Shown here in pieces: positions 55,300 to 64,000 of a stretch of DNA of 64,000 nucleotides (positions are counted from its first letter, which is position 1; every line of letters begins with the position of its first letter). This DNA is from Leekyejoonella antrihumi. Its GTDB lineage: Bacteria; Actinomycetota; Actinomycetes; Actinomycetales; Dermatophilaceae. The stretch covers positions 111,702 to 175,701 of the forward strand of contig NZ_VCQV01000002.1 of NCBI RefSeq assembly GCF_007845645.1, written 5' to 3'. Under the pieces are notes generated by a model. It made no database searches. It had not been told where the DNA came from and saw only the letters and a list, made by a program, of their open reading frames with translations. Made by a program: the position numbers and the translations under genes.

Positions 55300-56676
55300 C
55301 TACGGTGGCGTGGCGGGCAGGGTGACGGTGAATCGGGCGCCGGGGTGATTGTCCTGGATACGCACCTGCCCGCCATGGGCGGCCACCACGTCGCGCACGA
55401 TGGCCAGGCCGAGACCCGCGCCGCCGGCATCGCGGCTGCGAGCATCGTCCAAGCGGGTGAAGCGCTCGAAGATCCGTTCCCGATCGGCCGTCGCGATGCC
55501 CGGTCCGTCGTCCGCGACGATCAGGGTGACCACCTCGTCTTTGGCTCCCAACGCAACGGTTACGCCGCTGGCGGCGTGCCGTACCGCGTTGTCCAGCAGG
55601 TTGCGCACGACGCGGTCCAGGCCCGCTGGGTCGCCCAGCACCTGCCCGGCCGATACCTGCCCGGCCTGCACCGTGACACCACGCCGTTGAGCGCGACGCA
55701 CCTCTTGGAGCACCAGATCGTCCAGGTCGACGACCTGGCGCTGGAGTCGGCGGTTGGCGTCCAGCCGCGCCAGGGCCAGCAGGTCATCGACCAGGTGCGC
55801 GAGGCGTTCGGTGTCGGTGAGCATGCCTGCGGTCGTGGCTGTCGCGCGGGCCAGCTCGGGGTGGCGCGCGGCCACCTCCAGCTGCGCCTGCAACGCCGCG
55901 ATCGGGCTGCGCAGCTCGTGGGCCGCGTCGGCGACGAACTGGCGCTGTCGGCTGGTGGCCTCCTCGATGCGGGCCAGCAGGTCGTTGAAGGTCGCCGCCA
56001 GTCGGCCCAGCTCGTCCTGCGGACCCGAGGAGTCGAGCCGGTCGCTGGGCTGGGTGCCGGGAATAGCCGCGGCCTGCCGGCGGATCGCCTCGACCGGGCG
56101 TAGGGCCAGCCCAATCAGCAACCACCCCACCAGGACCAGGGCGAGCACCAGGAAGGGAACCCCGACGGTCAGCGCCGTGCCCAGCTCACCGATGCTCTCT
56201 TCAACACCGGCGGTGGGCAGGCCCGCATAGACCGTGACCGGCCCGCCTGGGCCGTGGGCGGACAGCACTGCGACCCGGTAGGGGCCGTCATCGGCATCAC
56301 CGGCACCATTCGTCACGGTGATCACCCGTGTGCCCCGAGGGCGGCCGGCCACGGTAAACATCCGCACACCGGGGTGGTCCAAGTTCGCCGAGGCCGCCAC
56401 AACGTGCCCGCTGGCGTCGACCACCTGCACCGTCGGTGCCGAGTCCCCGGACCCCGGAATCGTATGTGGCAGCTTGTCGCGCGCAGCGTCGGCCGCGATC
56501 GTCTGGGCCTGCTGGGTCACCCGCGCGTCCAGGTTCGCCACCAGGGAGCTGTGCAGCCGCCACACCAGCAGTCCCGCGGCCAGGACCATCCCGACCGTAA
56601 TGACCACGCTCGCGGCGGCCGTCAACCTCGCCCGCAGCGACCTGCGTGACCACCACGACCCGCGACGGGCGGGCAT
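55300..56676 (-). CDS. sensor histidine kinase (two TM segments, periplasmic loop, HAMP, HisKA, HATPase_c)
   Basis: Start reassigned to the ATG at 56674-56676. H-box AAHELRSP; N-box LLDNAVRHA; G-boxes DDGPGI and GGAGLGLAIV. Confidence 0.85.
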   Translation of the reverse strand: MPARRGSWWSRRSLRARLTAAASVVITVGMVLAAGLLVWRLHSSLVANLDARVTQQAQTIAADAARDKLPHTIPGSGDSAPTVQVVDASGHVVAASANLDHPGVRMFTVAGRPRGTRVITVTNGAGDADDGPYRVAVLSAHGPGGPVTVYAGLPTAGVEESIGELGTALTVGVPFLVLALVLVGWLLIGLALRPVEAIRRQAAAIPGTQPSDRLDSSGPQDELGRLAATFNDLLARIEEATSRQRQFVADAAHELRSPIAALQAQLEVAARHPELARATATTAGMLTDTERLAHLVDDLLALARLDANRRLQRQVVDLDDLVLQEVRRAQRRGVTVQAGQVSAGQVLGDPAGLDRVVRNLLDNAVRHAASGVTVALGAKDEVVTLIVADDGPGIATADRERIFERFTRLDDARSRDAGGAGLGLAIVRDVVAAHGGQVRIQDNHPGARFTVTLPATPP

Positions 56677-56716
56677 CGCGGGCGCCGAGTAGGGGTCCGG
56701 TGGCACGTTTCCTTGC

Positions 56717-57394
56717 TCAGCCCCCGTCGCCACGCAGGCGGTACCCGGCGCCCCGGACGGTCTCGATGCTCTTGCGGGCGTACGGGACATCGATCTTCTT
56801 CCGCAGGTAGCCAACATAGACCTCGACGATGTTCGGGTCTCCCTCATAGAACTCATCCCACACATTGGCCAAAATCTCACGTTTCGACAGGACCTCCTCG
56901 CGCCGCCGCAGCAGGCACTCCAGCAGCGCGAACTCCCGTGCCGTCAGCGCGATCTCGTCCTGCCCGCGATGGCATCGCCGGGTCGCCGGGTCCAAGATCA
57001 GGTCTCCGGCGGACAGCACCACCGGCCGGGCCGGAGCCCCACGGCGCACCAGGGCGCGCAGGTGCGCCAGCAGCACCACATACGAGAACGGCTTGGTCAG
57101 GTAGTCATCGGCGCCCAGGTCCAACGCATCGGCCTGGTCGTACTCCCCGTCCTTGGCCGTCAGCATCAGCACCGGGGTCCACACCTGACCGGCACGCATC
57201 CGCTTGAGCACCTCGTATCCGGACAACCCCGGCAGCATGATGTCCAGCACGACCACGTCATACAGCTGCTCGGTAGCGCGCCACAGCCCGTTGGTCCCAT
57301 CGCCCTCGATATCGACCGTGAACCCATCGGCGGACAGGCCACGAGCCACCGCCTGTGCGAGGCGGTGCTCATCCTCCACCAGTAGCACCCGCAT
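56717..57394 (-). CDS. OmpR/PhoB-family response regulator
   Basis: Start at the ATG at 57392-57394 (MRVLLVEDE). Receiver Asp in VVLDIMLPG and the conserved receiver Lys in KPF. The C-terminal winged-helix reads LTAREFALLECLLRR...VYVGYLRKKI. Confidence 0.9.
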   Translation of the reverse strand: MRVLLVEDEHRLAQAVARGLSADGFTVDIEGDGTNGLWRATEQLYDVVVLDIMLPGLSGYEVLKRMRAGQVWTPVLMLTAKDGEYDQADALDLGADDYLTKPFSYVVLLAHLRALVRRGAPARPVVLSAGDLILDPATRRCHRGQDEIALTAREFALLECLLRRREEVLSKREILANVWDEFYEGDPNIVEVYVGYLRKKIDVPYARKSIETVRGAGYRLRGDGG

Positions 57395-57629
57395 CCCAGA
57401 GATCCTTCCCTGTTTCGGTCGATTCCGCACCCAGCCTCACGAGGTGGACCTGTGCACACCCTGAGTGGACCTGAGAAGCACCTCAGGTCCACTCAGTCGA
57501 AATACAGGATCCCTGAGCCAACCTCGCGGGAGTAGCCAGGTCAGGTCGCACACCATCGGACGCGGGGAGGCACACCATGTATGTCGGACAGGGCAGCGAC
57601 TGCCGCCGGCTCCGGTCTGCACCGCGCGG

Positions 57630-58661
57630 GTGGCCGGCTCCCCGGCAGGTGGCCTGGTGAACCTGGTCGGCCGGGTCACCCGGGCGGCCCGTCGACTGGG
57701 GCGACTCTTCGTGGTGTCTGCGGTCGTGCTGGTCATGTTGCTGCTGGGTGGCGCGCCGGCCCACGGTGGCCCCATCGGCCCGACGCTGGGGCCGTGGCAT
57801 CCGGTGAGCTGGCGTGAGGTCCCCGCGGTGACAGCCAACCAGGGCGTCGCCCGGGTCAGTCGGCCCGGCGGCCCTTCGCGCCTGGTCACCCGCGGGCAAG
57901 GCGACGTGACGTCTGCGCTGTCCGCCCACGGGTGGTGGCATGTGGGCGATCCGGGTTCCCGACGCGGGTACCTGCTGGACGCATACCAGGGCCGCCCGGG
58001 TATGCACGCCAAGCTTTTCGTGCTCACCACCCCGACCGGGCGCCGCACCCAATGGATCCACCAGGACGTTGCCGGCGAGATGCTCAACAACTCCTTCGCC
58101 GCGATCGCCCCATCGGGGCGCTGGTTCGTCGGCGGCGAGTGGGGCGAGGTCGGCCGCCTGCTGGTCTATCCGACGCCTGGTCTCAACCCCTCAACGCGAG
58201 ACCATCTCAAGAACCTGCCCCTGGCGGCCACGATCGCCCTGACCCGCCCGGTACGCAACGTGCAGGGCTGCTCGTTCTCGGCGCCCACAGTCCTGTTTTG
58301 TGCCACCAACGACTCGAGAACCGACCTGTTCCCGATGGCCCGCCAGCTGTTGCGGATCGACCTGGCTCATCCGCTGGACGGACACGGCGACCTCGGGGTC
58401 CCCCACGCACTGGGCACCGTGCCTCAGTACTCCCGCTGCCCCGGCACCGGGGAGATCGAAGGCATCGACGTGTCCGGGCCGACGCTCACCGTGGTCGTCA
58501 ACGAGCCCAACCTGTGTCACGACCGCAGCGTGCTGCTGACCTTCGCCCGCAGGGCCAAGTGCACCAGCAGCCACCGGCCTACACCACAATCAGTCGCACC
58601 CCCACGGCCGGACGACAGCTACAAACCTGAACGAGTCACACAGGAGGCGTTTCTAAATTGA
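57630..58661 (+). CDS. hypothetical secreted protein, Cys-containing, no family recognised
   Basis: Signal peptide RAARRLGRLFVVSAVVLVMLLLGGAPAHG from a GTG (57630 or 57657). A ~310-aa mature part with 6 Cys. Codon usage matches the genome. Confidence 0.5.
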   Translation: MAGSPAGGLVNLVGRVTRAARRLGRLFVVSAVVLVMLLLGGAPAHGGPIGPTLGPWHPVSWREVPAVTANQGVARVSRPGGPSRLVTRGQGDVTSALSAHGWWHVGDPGSRRGYLLDAYQGRPGMHAKLFVLTTPTGRRTQWIHQDVAGEMLNNSFAAIAPSGRWFVGGEWGEVGRLLVYPTPGLNPSTRDHLKNLPLAATIALTRPVRNVQGCSFSAPTVLFCATNDSRTDLFPMARQLLRIDLAHPLDGHGDLGVPHALGTVPQYSRCPGTGEIEGIDVSGPTLTVVVNEPNLCHDRSVLLTFARRAKCTSSHRPTPQSVAPPRPDDSYKPERVTQEAFLN

Positions 58662-58666
58662 CGGGC

Positions 58667-60766
58667 ATGCAGCGCACGCGGCGGGTGAGGGCGGTCTTCA
58701 CTCTGCTCGGCGTGCTTGTGGCGACGTCGATGGCTATGGGGTTGCTGGTTGCCGGGCTTGCGTTGCCTGCGGTGGGCGCGGCCGGCTCTGCGACGAACTC
58801 GAGTATCGACCTCTTCAACGAGATGCCCAGTTCCTTTGCGATGAACCCGTTGGCTCAGCAGTCGCGGATCCTCGCGGCGGATGGGTCGGTGATCGCCACA
58901 CCGTTCAACAAGGACCGGATCGTCGTACCGCTGTCGCGGGTGTCGAAGGTGATGCAGCACGCGCAGGTCGCGATCGAGGACAAGCGGTTCTTCCAGCATG
59001 GTGCGGTCGACCCGCGTGGTTTGGCGCGTGCGATCGCGACGAACGTGTTCACGACCCGTACGCAGGGCGCGTCGACGCTGGTCCAGCAGTACGTGAAGGT
59101 GGCGATCGAGGACCAGGCGTTGAACTCGGGCAACACGGCCCTCGCGCAGCGGGCGGTCAGCCGCAGCGGGATGCAGGGATATCTGCGCAAGCTGCAGCAA
59201 CTGAAGTATGCGGTGACCATTGAGCAGCACTACAGCAAGGATCAGATCCTCGACGGGTACTTGAACCTGGTCTACTACGGCGACCAGCAGTACGGCATCG
59301 AGGCTGCGGCCCGGCACTACTTCGGTGTGCACGCCTCCCAGCTGGACCTGCCCCAAGCGGCGCTGCTGGCCGGTGTGGTGAACGCGCCGAGTGCCTACGA
59401 TCCGCGCACGCATCCGAAGGCGTCGGTCGCGCGCCGCAACATCGTGCTGGCCCGGATGCATGGGCAGGGCATGATCACCACCGCGCAGCTGAAGAGCGCG
59501 AAGGCGACCGGGCTGCACCTACATGTCACGCGGGTCAGCAGTGGTTGCGGGGCCTCGAAGTACCCGTACTTCTGCTACTACGTGTATGCCTGGTTGCTGC
59601 AGCAACCAGTCTTGGGCAAGACCGTGGCCGCGCGTGATGCGACCTTGCGGTCAGGTGGGTTGACGATCAAGACCGGCTTCCAGCCGAAGCGGGCCGACAT
59701 GATGCGTCGGAAGATCGACGCGAAGGTTCCACCGGCCAACGGCGCCGGCGTGCAGTCCGCGGGGGTGATGATTCAGCCAGGTACCGGGCTGGTGCTGGCC
59801 ACGGCGCAGAACACGTCCTACAGCAACGCTGCTTCTCCCGGTAAGCAGTCGATCAACTACGTCACCGGCACGCGGTACAACGGTGGTCAGGGGTTCGACT
59901 TCGGCTCTACCGCGAAGATGTTCGCCGTGGTGACTGCGCTCAAGGAGGGTAGGCCGGGAAACTTCACCATCGATGTCCCACCGGCCAGCGGCACGGATGC
60001 CGCCGGGCAGTTCCACGTCTACACCCACAAACTCTTCCACGACGTGTGCGGTCTGGGCCGGGCCGAGACGTGGAAGGTGCACAACGACGCACCGGTGCCG
60101 GCCGGTCCTATGCCCATCAACCGCGCGCTCGGGCAGTCGGTCAACACGGCGTTCGCGAAGCTGGTCGGCACGCTGGGCACCTGCAAGGTGCGTCGGACGA
60201 TGATTGATTTCGGCATGACGCTCGGCAACGGACAGCCGCTGAACAAGACACCGTCCGGCATGGTGCTCGGCACCAACGCCGTCGCGCCGATCACCCTGGC
60301 CAACGCGTACGCCACGATCGCGGCCGGCGGCAAATACTGCGCGCCTCATCCGGTTGTAAGCATCACGGACTCCGGCGGCAAGAAGCTCAAGCTGTCCGGC
60401 ACCGGCTGCAAGCAGGTGGTGTCGGCGAAGGTCGCCGCCGAGACGACGAAGATCCTGCGCAATGTCTTCGACAAGGGCAGCACCGCCGGGCCGTCGGGCA
60501 AGCTTGCCGGCGGCAGACCTGCCGCCGGCAAGACGGGCACCGTCACCGGGGCGACCCAGACCTGGTTCGTGGGCTACACCCCGCAGCTGACGACCGCGAT
60601 CTGGGTCGGTCGGGCGAACGACGCTCGTCCCTTGAAGAACCTCAGTCTGGGCGGCACCTACTACCACGGGTACATCTACGGAGGCAGTCTTGCGGCGCCG
60701 CTGTGGAAGTCGATCATGGACACCGCCCTACACGGCAAACCAGTCGAGCAGTTCCCCAATCCCTGA
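58667..60766 (+). CDS. class A penicillin-binding protein (bifunctional glycosyltransferase GT51 / transpeptidase, PBP1A family)
   Basis: N-terminal TM anchor. GT51 motifs are AIEDKRFFQHGAVDPRGLARA and GASTLVQQYVK. The transpeptidase motifs are STAKMF (SxxK), SVN and KTGT. Confidence 0.85.
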   Translation: MQRTRRVRAVFTLLGVLVATSMAMGLLVAGLALPAVGAAGSATNSSIDLFNEMPSSFAMNPLAQQSRILAADGSVIATPFNKDRIVVPLSRVSKVMQHAQVAIEDKRFFQHGAVDPRGLARAIATNVFTTRTQGASTLVQQYVKVAIEDQALNSGNTALAQRAVSRSGMQGYLRKLQQLKYAVTIEQHYSKDQILDGYLNLVYYGDQQYGIEAAARHYFGVHASQLDLPQAALLAGVVNAPSAYDPRTHPKASVARRNIVLARMHGQGMITTAQLKSAKATGLHLHVTRVSSGCGASKYPYFCYYVYAWLLQQPVLGKTVAARDATLRSGGLTIKTGFQPKRADMMRRKIDAKVPPANGAGVQSAGVMIQPGTGLVLATAQNTSYSNAASPGKQSINYVTGTRYNGGQGFDFGSTAKMFAVVTALKEGRPGNFTIDVPPASGTDAAGQFHVYTHKLFHDVCGLGRAETWKVHNDAPVPAGPMPINRALGQSVNTAFAKLVGTLGTCKVRRTMIDFGMTLGNGQPLNKTPSGMVLGTNAVAPITLANAYATIAAGGKYCAPHPVVSITDSGGKKLKLSGTGCKQVVSAKVAAETTKILRNVFDKGSTAGPSGKLAGGRPAAGKTGTVTGATQTWFVGYTPQLTTAIWVGRANDARPLKNLSLGGTYYHGYIYGGSLAAPLWKSIMDTALHGKPVEQFPNP

Positions 60767-60922
60767 CCCCAACCTGGCGGCCCCTGTACACGCCCCCTAC
60801 GGGGTCCGCAGCCGCTTCACTTACCACGGACAGCCCTGAGAGCGAGCTCAGAATTACTCAGCCGCGGCACAGGACGACGGCGCTAGCCTCACGTACGTGG
60901 ATACGCATCGTCATCGGATTCT

Positions 60923-62203
60923 GTGCCTGACGCGCCGGCTCGCACTGTCCACTGCCGCGCCGTGTGGATGGCGGCCGTGAAAGTCAAGACGGGCCGGGCC
61001 GGTGCGAACGCGCGCACCGAGTCCGGCGGTCGGCCGCCTCGTCATCGCCCGGGGCGGCGCGGCAGGCTTCGTCTGTCGCGGCGTGGCCGCCGGATTCGCA
61101 CGGGGATCGCGGTGCTGCTGTTGGTGGGGCTGACGTGGCTGGGTTTCTCGATCGGCGGGGCGTTGACAGCGCCGGGAACGGACTCGACGGCGGCACGGTT
61201 GGCGGAATGGGGTCGCACGCACCACCTGGGGTGGGCTGTCACGACGCTGGAGCAGAAGCAGTACGCCATGAACAAGCCGGCAACAGGCGGCAGCGTGGTC
61301 GGTGGTGTCCCCACGGTCCACCCGGTCGACCCCGCCGGTGGGTCCTCGACGGGGTCAACAACACAGCGTGGCCCACGTCTGGCCGCGCCACCGGCCCCGA
61401 TCCGACCGCTGGCACCGTCCCGACTGGCGCGCGAGGGGCAGTGGCAGGCCCTATTCGGAGTCGGCAAGCACACCGCGGCACGCGTCGCGTTCCTACGACC
61501 GGACACGACCCACACCTCCTACCTGGTGGATGTGGTCTGGATGGACCCGAGCCTGCTGCGGTTCAAGCTGTTTCCCGGGTACCAGGTGCCCGGCCCGCCG
61601 ATGACCGCACCAGATCAACTGCTGGGAGCGGACGCGAAGTCCGTACTGGCGACGTTCAACTCGGGATTCCAGATGGGCGACTCTCACGGTGGTTACTGGC
61701 AAAACGGCCGGACCATCAAACGGCTACGCAGCGGTGCCGCATCGATGGTCTTGTCCAAGGACGGGCACCTGTCCGTCAAGGCGTGGCCGGGTGGTCCGCC
61801 GGGCCACCAGGTCGTGGCAGTACGGCAGAACCTCAGCCTGCTCATACAGGGCGGGAAGATCTCCCCGCTGGTCTCCAGCGCCAACACCAAGACCTGGGGT
61901 GTGACCGTCGGCAACAAGGACTTCGTCTGGCGTACCGGGATCGGGGTCCGGGCCGACGGGTCCATCGTGTTCGTCGTTGGCCCCGCGTTGAACGTGCAGA
62001 CGCTGGCGACCATCTTGCAGCGCGCTGGCGCGATCAACGCGATGGAGCTGGACATCAACCCCGAGTGGACCAACTACCTGACCTACACCCACACCACATC
62101 CGGTGGTGCCGTGCCGCACCGGCTCGGCACCGACACGATGCCGAGCCTGGTGCGCTACCTACAACCCTCCTCCCGTGACTTCGTCGGCGTCTTTGCGCGC
62201 TAA
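60923..62203 (+). CDS. membrane-anchored phosphodiester glycosidase family protein (NAGPA-like, DUF2233)
   Basis: Basic cytoplasmic tail plus TM (RTGIAVLLLVGLTWLGFSIGGAL), then a ~330-aa domain; the start is uncertain (ATG 60923 or later). Confidence 0.55.
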   Translation: MPDAPARTVHCRAVWMAAVKVKTGRAGANARTESGGRPPRHRPGRRGRLRLSRRGRRIRTGIAVLLLVGLTWLGFSIGGALTAPGTDSTAARLAEWGRTHHLGWAVTTLEQKQYAMNKPATGGSVVGGVPTVHPVDPAGGSSTGSTTQRGPRLAAPPAPIRPLAPSRLAREGQWQALFGVGKHTAARVAFLRPDTTHTSYLVDVVWMDPSLLRFKLFPGYQVPGPPMTAPDQLLGADAKSVLATFNSGFQMGDSHGGYWQNGRTIKRLRSGAASMVLSKDGHLSVKAWPGGPPGHQVVAVRQNLSLLIQGGKISPLVSSANTKTWGVTVGNKDFVWRTGIGVRADGSIVFVVGPALNVQTLATILQRAGAINAMELDINPEWTNYLTYTHTTSGGAVPHRLGTDTMPSLVRYLQPSSRDFVGVFAR

Positions 62204-63095
62204 GCGGCAGCGCCCTGGCTCCCGCCGCTCGGCCGCCCGCGCGCTGCTGTCGTGCTCGCGACCTCGGCAGTGGACCAAGAACCTGCTGGTTCTCATCGCC
62301 CCGATGGCCGCCGGAGTCATCACCCACCCAGCCGTCCTGCTACGGCTCCTGATCGCACTGGTCGCGTTCACTCTGGCCTCATCTGCCGTGTACCTGGTCA
62401 ACGACCTGCTGGACCTGTCGCTGGACCGCGCTCACCCGATCAAGCGCAACCGGCCGCTGGCCAGCGGCCGGTTGCCCGTGCCGGTCGCGCGGAACACGGT
62501 GCCCATCCTGGCGGTCCTTGCCGTGGGCGTCGCCGCCCTCGGCGGTTGGGCCCTGGCGGGCATCGTGGTGCTCTACCTGGCCAGCTCCATGCTGTACTGC
62601 GCGCGGCTCAAGCACGAGACCGTCCTGGATCTGGTGTTCGTCGTCATCGGGTTCCTGCTGCGCGCGATCGGCGGCGGGATCGCGGCGCAGGTGCCGGTGT
62701 CTCGGTGGTTCGTGCTGACCGTGGGCCTCGGTGCGTTGTTCGTCATTGCGGGCAAGAGGTATGCCGAACTGGTCCTGGTGCAGCGGGGCCTGTCCGCGGG
62801 GCGCCCGGTGCTACGCCAGTACAGCGCCAGCTACCTGCGGTTCGTGTGGACGCTCGCCGCGGCAGCCCTGCTGGTCACCTACGCGCTGTGGTCGTTCACC
62901 GTGGCCGCCGGCACCGACAGCGCCACCTGGAGCGTCGTGTCGATTCTGCCGTTCGTCGTGGTGTTGCTGCGGTATGCGGTGATCGTGGACGCCGGAGGGG
63001 CAGGGGAACCCGAGGAGATCGTGCTGGGGGACCGGATGCTGCTGGGTACGGCAGTGGTCTGGCTGGTGCTGCTGGTTGCCGCGGTCTACGTATAG
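62177..63095 (+). CDS. decaprenyl-phosphate 5-phosphoribosyltransferase (UbiA-family, Rv3806c-like)
   Basis: PRQWTKNLLVL N-terminus; Asp-rich motif YLVNDLLDLSLDRAHPIKRNRPLASG; C-terminal GEPEEIVLGDR. It reads collinear with M. tuberculosis Rv3806c as I recall it. The start (GTG 62177 or TTG 62195) overlaps the upstream gene. Confidence 0.8.
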
Positions 63096-63140
63096 GGAAA
63101 GCGTCGCGAACTCCCCTCGCGGCACGGGATAAGGGCTGGT

Positions 63141-63890
63141 TCAGACGGGCAGTCGCCGGAACAGCGGATAGGGCAGGTGACGCAACCCGGCCATCACCCA
63201 GCGCATCGCGGGCGGGCTCCACGCGATGCGCCGCCCGTGGGCCAGCCCGTCGATCACGGCCCGGGCAACCTGCGACGGATCCTGGGACAGCGGCGGCGAC
63301 GGCAGCCCCTCGGTCATGGGGGATCGCACGAACCCCGGCCGCACCACCAGGACGTGCACCCCGTCACCGCGCAGTGCCTCGCCCAGCCCGAGGTAGAACC
63401 CGTCCGCGCCGGCCTTGCTCGCACCATACGCAAAGTTTGAGCGCCGGACCCGTTCCCCGGCAACCGACGAGAGCAGGACCATCGCGCCGTGGCCCTGCTC
63501 GCGCAACCGCCGGCCGGCCAGCACCCCGACCAGCACCGCGCCGCGGTAGTTGATGTCGGTCATTCGCAGCGCCGCATCGACGTCTGTCCACGCCGCTTCC
63601 TGATCACCCAGCACTCCGGCGGCCACGAGCACCACATCGATGTCCGGGCCTCCTGCAAAAACCGTCTCGATCTGCGCTCGGGCAAGGGTGGGGTCCGTCA
63701 GCTCAAGGTCGTGCTCGCTGACGACGGCGCCCTCGCCGCGCAGCTCGTTCGCGACGTCCGCACGAGCCGGCGTGGGTCGCGCGGCTAGCACCACCTGCAG
63801 GCCCGGGCGTTGGCTCATCCACTCGCGCACGGTTGCCAACGCGATCGCCGAGGTCCCACCGATCACGACCACACGTTGAACGTTCTGCAT
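63141..63890 (-). CDS. dprE2: decaprenylphospho-2'-keto-D-ribose reductase (SDR)
   Basis: Start at the ATG at 63888-63890 (MQNVQRVVVIGGTSAIA), RBS GAAGGA. The protein reads collinear with M. tuberculosis Rv3791 as I recall it (INYRGAVLVG..., SSVAGERVRRSNFAYGASKAG..., PYPLFRRLP). Confidence 0.85.
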   Translation of the reverse strand: MQNVQRVVVIGGTSAIALATVREWMSQRPGLQVVLAARPTPARADVANELRGEGAVVSEHDLELTDPTLARAQIETVFAGGPDIDVVLVAAGVLGDQEAAWTDVDAALRMTDINYRGAVLVGVLAGRRLREQGHGAMVLLSSVAGERVRRSNFAYGASKAGADGFYLGLGEALRGDGVHVLVVRPGFVRSPMTEGLPSPPLSQDPSQVARAVIDGLAHGRRIAWSPPAMRWVMAGLRHLPYPLFRRLPV

Positions 63891-63898
63891 CGCATCCT

Positions 63899-64000
63899 TC
63901 ACAGTTGCACCCTTCGTGCGAGGTCGGAGGTGAACACACCGTTGGGGTCGAACCGGTCCCGGACCTCGCGCCACTCGGAAAGTCGCGGATACATGGCGTG
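63899..64000 (-). CDS. dprE1: decaprenylphosphoryl-beta-D-ribose 2'-oxidase, C-terminal 33 codons (rest beyond the window)
   Basis: The minus-strand tail [33 protein letters not shown] matches the DprE1 C-terminus. Its stop lies 8 nt before the dprE2 ATG. Coordinates here are +/-1 (see rejected notes). Confidence 0.65.
   Translation of the reverse strand, partial: HAMYPRLSEWREVRDRFDPNGVFTSDLARRVQL

Noticed and set aside
60767-60922. Possible terminator hairpin after the PBP gene (gccccctacggggtc)
   Set aside because: The stem is only 4-5 bp with no U-tract; not convincing.
63895-63945. One-nucleotide inconsistency between my reading of the printed sequence (ccttccacag) and the ORF-track translations (which imply ccttcacag) near 63,900
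   Set aside because: Probably my transcription or counting error. It only affects coordinates of the last ~100 bp (dprE1 tail) by +/-1 and not any call.
1-64000. CRISPR arrays, transposases/IS elements, integrases, toxin-antitoxin pairs, rRNA
   Set aside because: No spaced direct-repeat arrays, no DDE/serine recombinase-like ORFs and no rRNA-like stretches were seen by eye. Absence is not proven without a search.

Overview
High-GC (~70%) actinobacterial chromosomal segment, read from sequence alone. The gene content (dprE1-dprE2, a decaprenyl-phosphate phosphoribosyltransferase, an LCP protein, a class A PBP, ctaB) points to an arabinogalactan-containing actinomycete. I call about 60 genes with almost no intergenic space, no transposases and no CRISPR.

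The most interesting signal is a seven-gene minus-strand array at 9.7-19.2 kb. Its proteins closely resemble the animal 5-hydroxylysine pathway, judged from human sequences I recall rather than from a search:
- 13295-14278: an APH-fold kinase resembling hydroxylysine kinase HYKK.
- 11981-13276: a class III aminotransferase-fold enzyme resembling the phospho-lyase PHYKPL.
- 14304-15839: an ALDH7/antiquitin-type aminoadipate-semialdehyde dehydrogenase.
- 15894-17066 and 18036-19232: two DAO-superfamily flavoenzymes.
- 17098-18039: a LysR regulator.
- 9730-11976: a fused E1 alpha/beta TPP-dependent dehydrogenase, 4 nt downstream of the lyase-like gene.

I propose a LysR-controlled route from hydroxylysine, pipecolate or lysine through aminoadipate semialdehyde to 2-aminoadipate, possibly continuing to 2-oxoadipate oxidation. 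This appears essentially uncharacterised in bacteria.

Other loci:
- a MIRU-like ~86-bp tandem repeat (4134-4328)
- a 52-bp near-perfect inverted repeat (50237-50288) between a DUF899-VOC operon and a YciI-like/ECF-sigma operon
- a PucR-mmsA-aminotransferase locus with an operator-like direct repeat
- a 1289-aa fused ABC exporter behind a MarR gene
- an unannotated 41-aa basic protein
- several decayed genes: a beta-helix fragment, a YVTN/Ig surface-protein pseudogene, methyltransferase fragments
- PepSY genes flanking a two-component system
- an arabinan/peptidoglycan synthesis cluster at the 3' end.

All family assignments are motif-based and unverified by database search.
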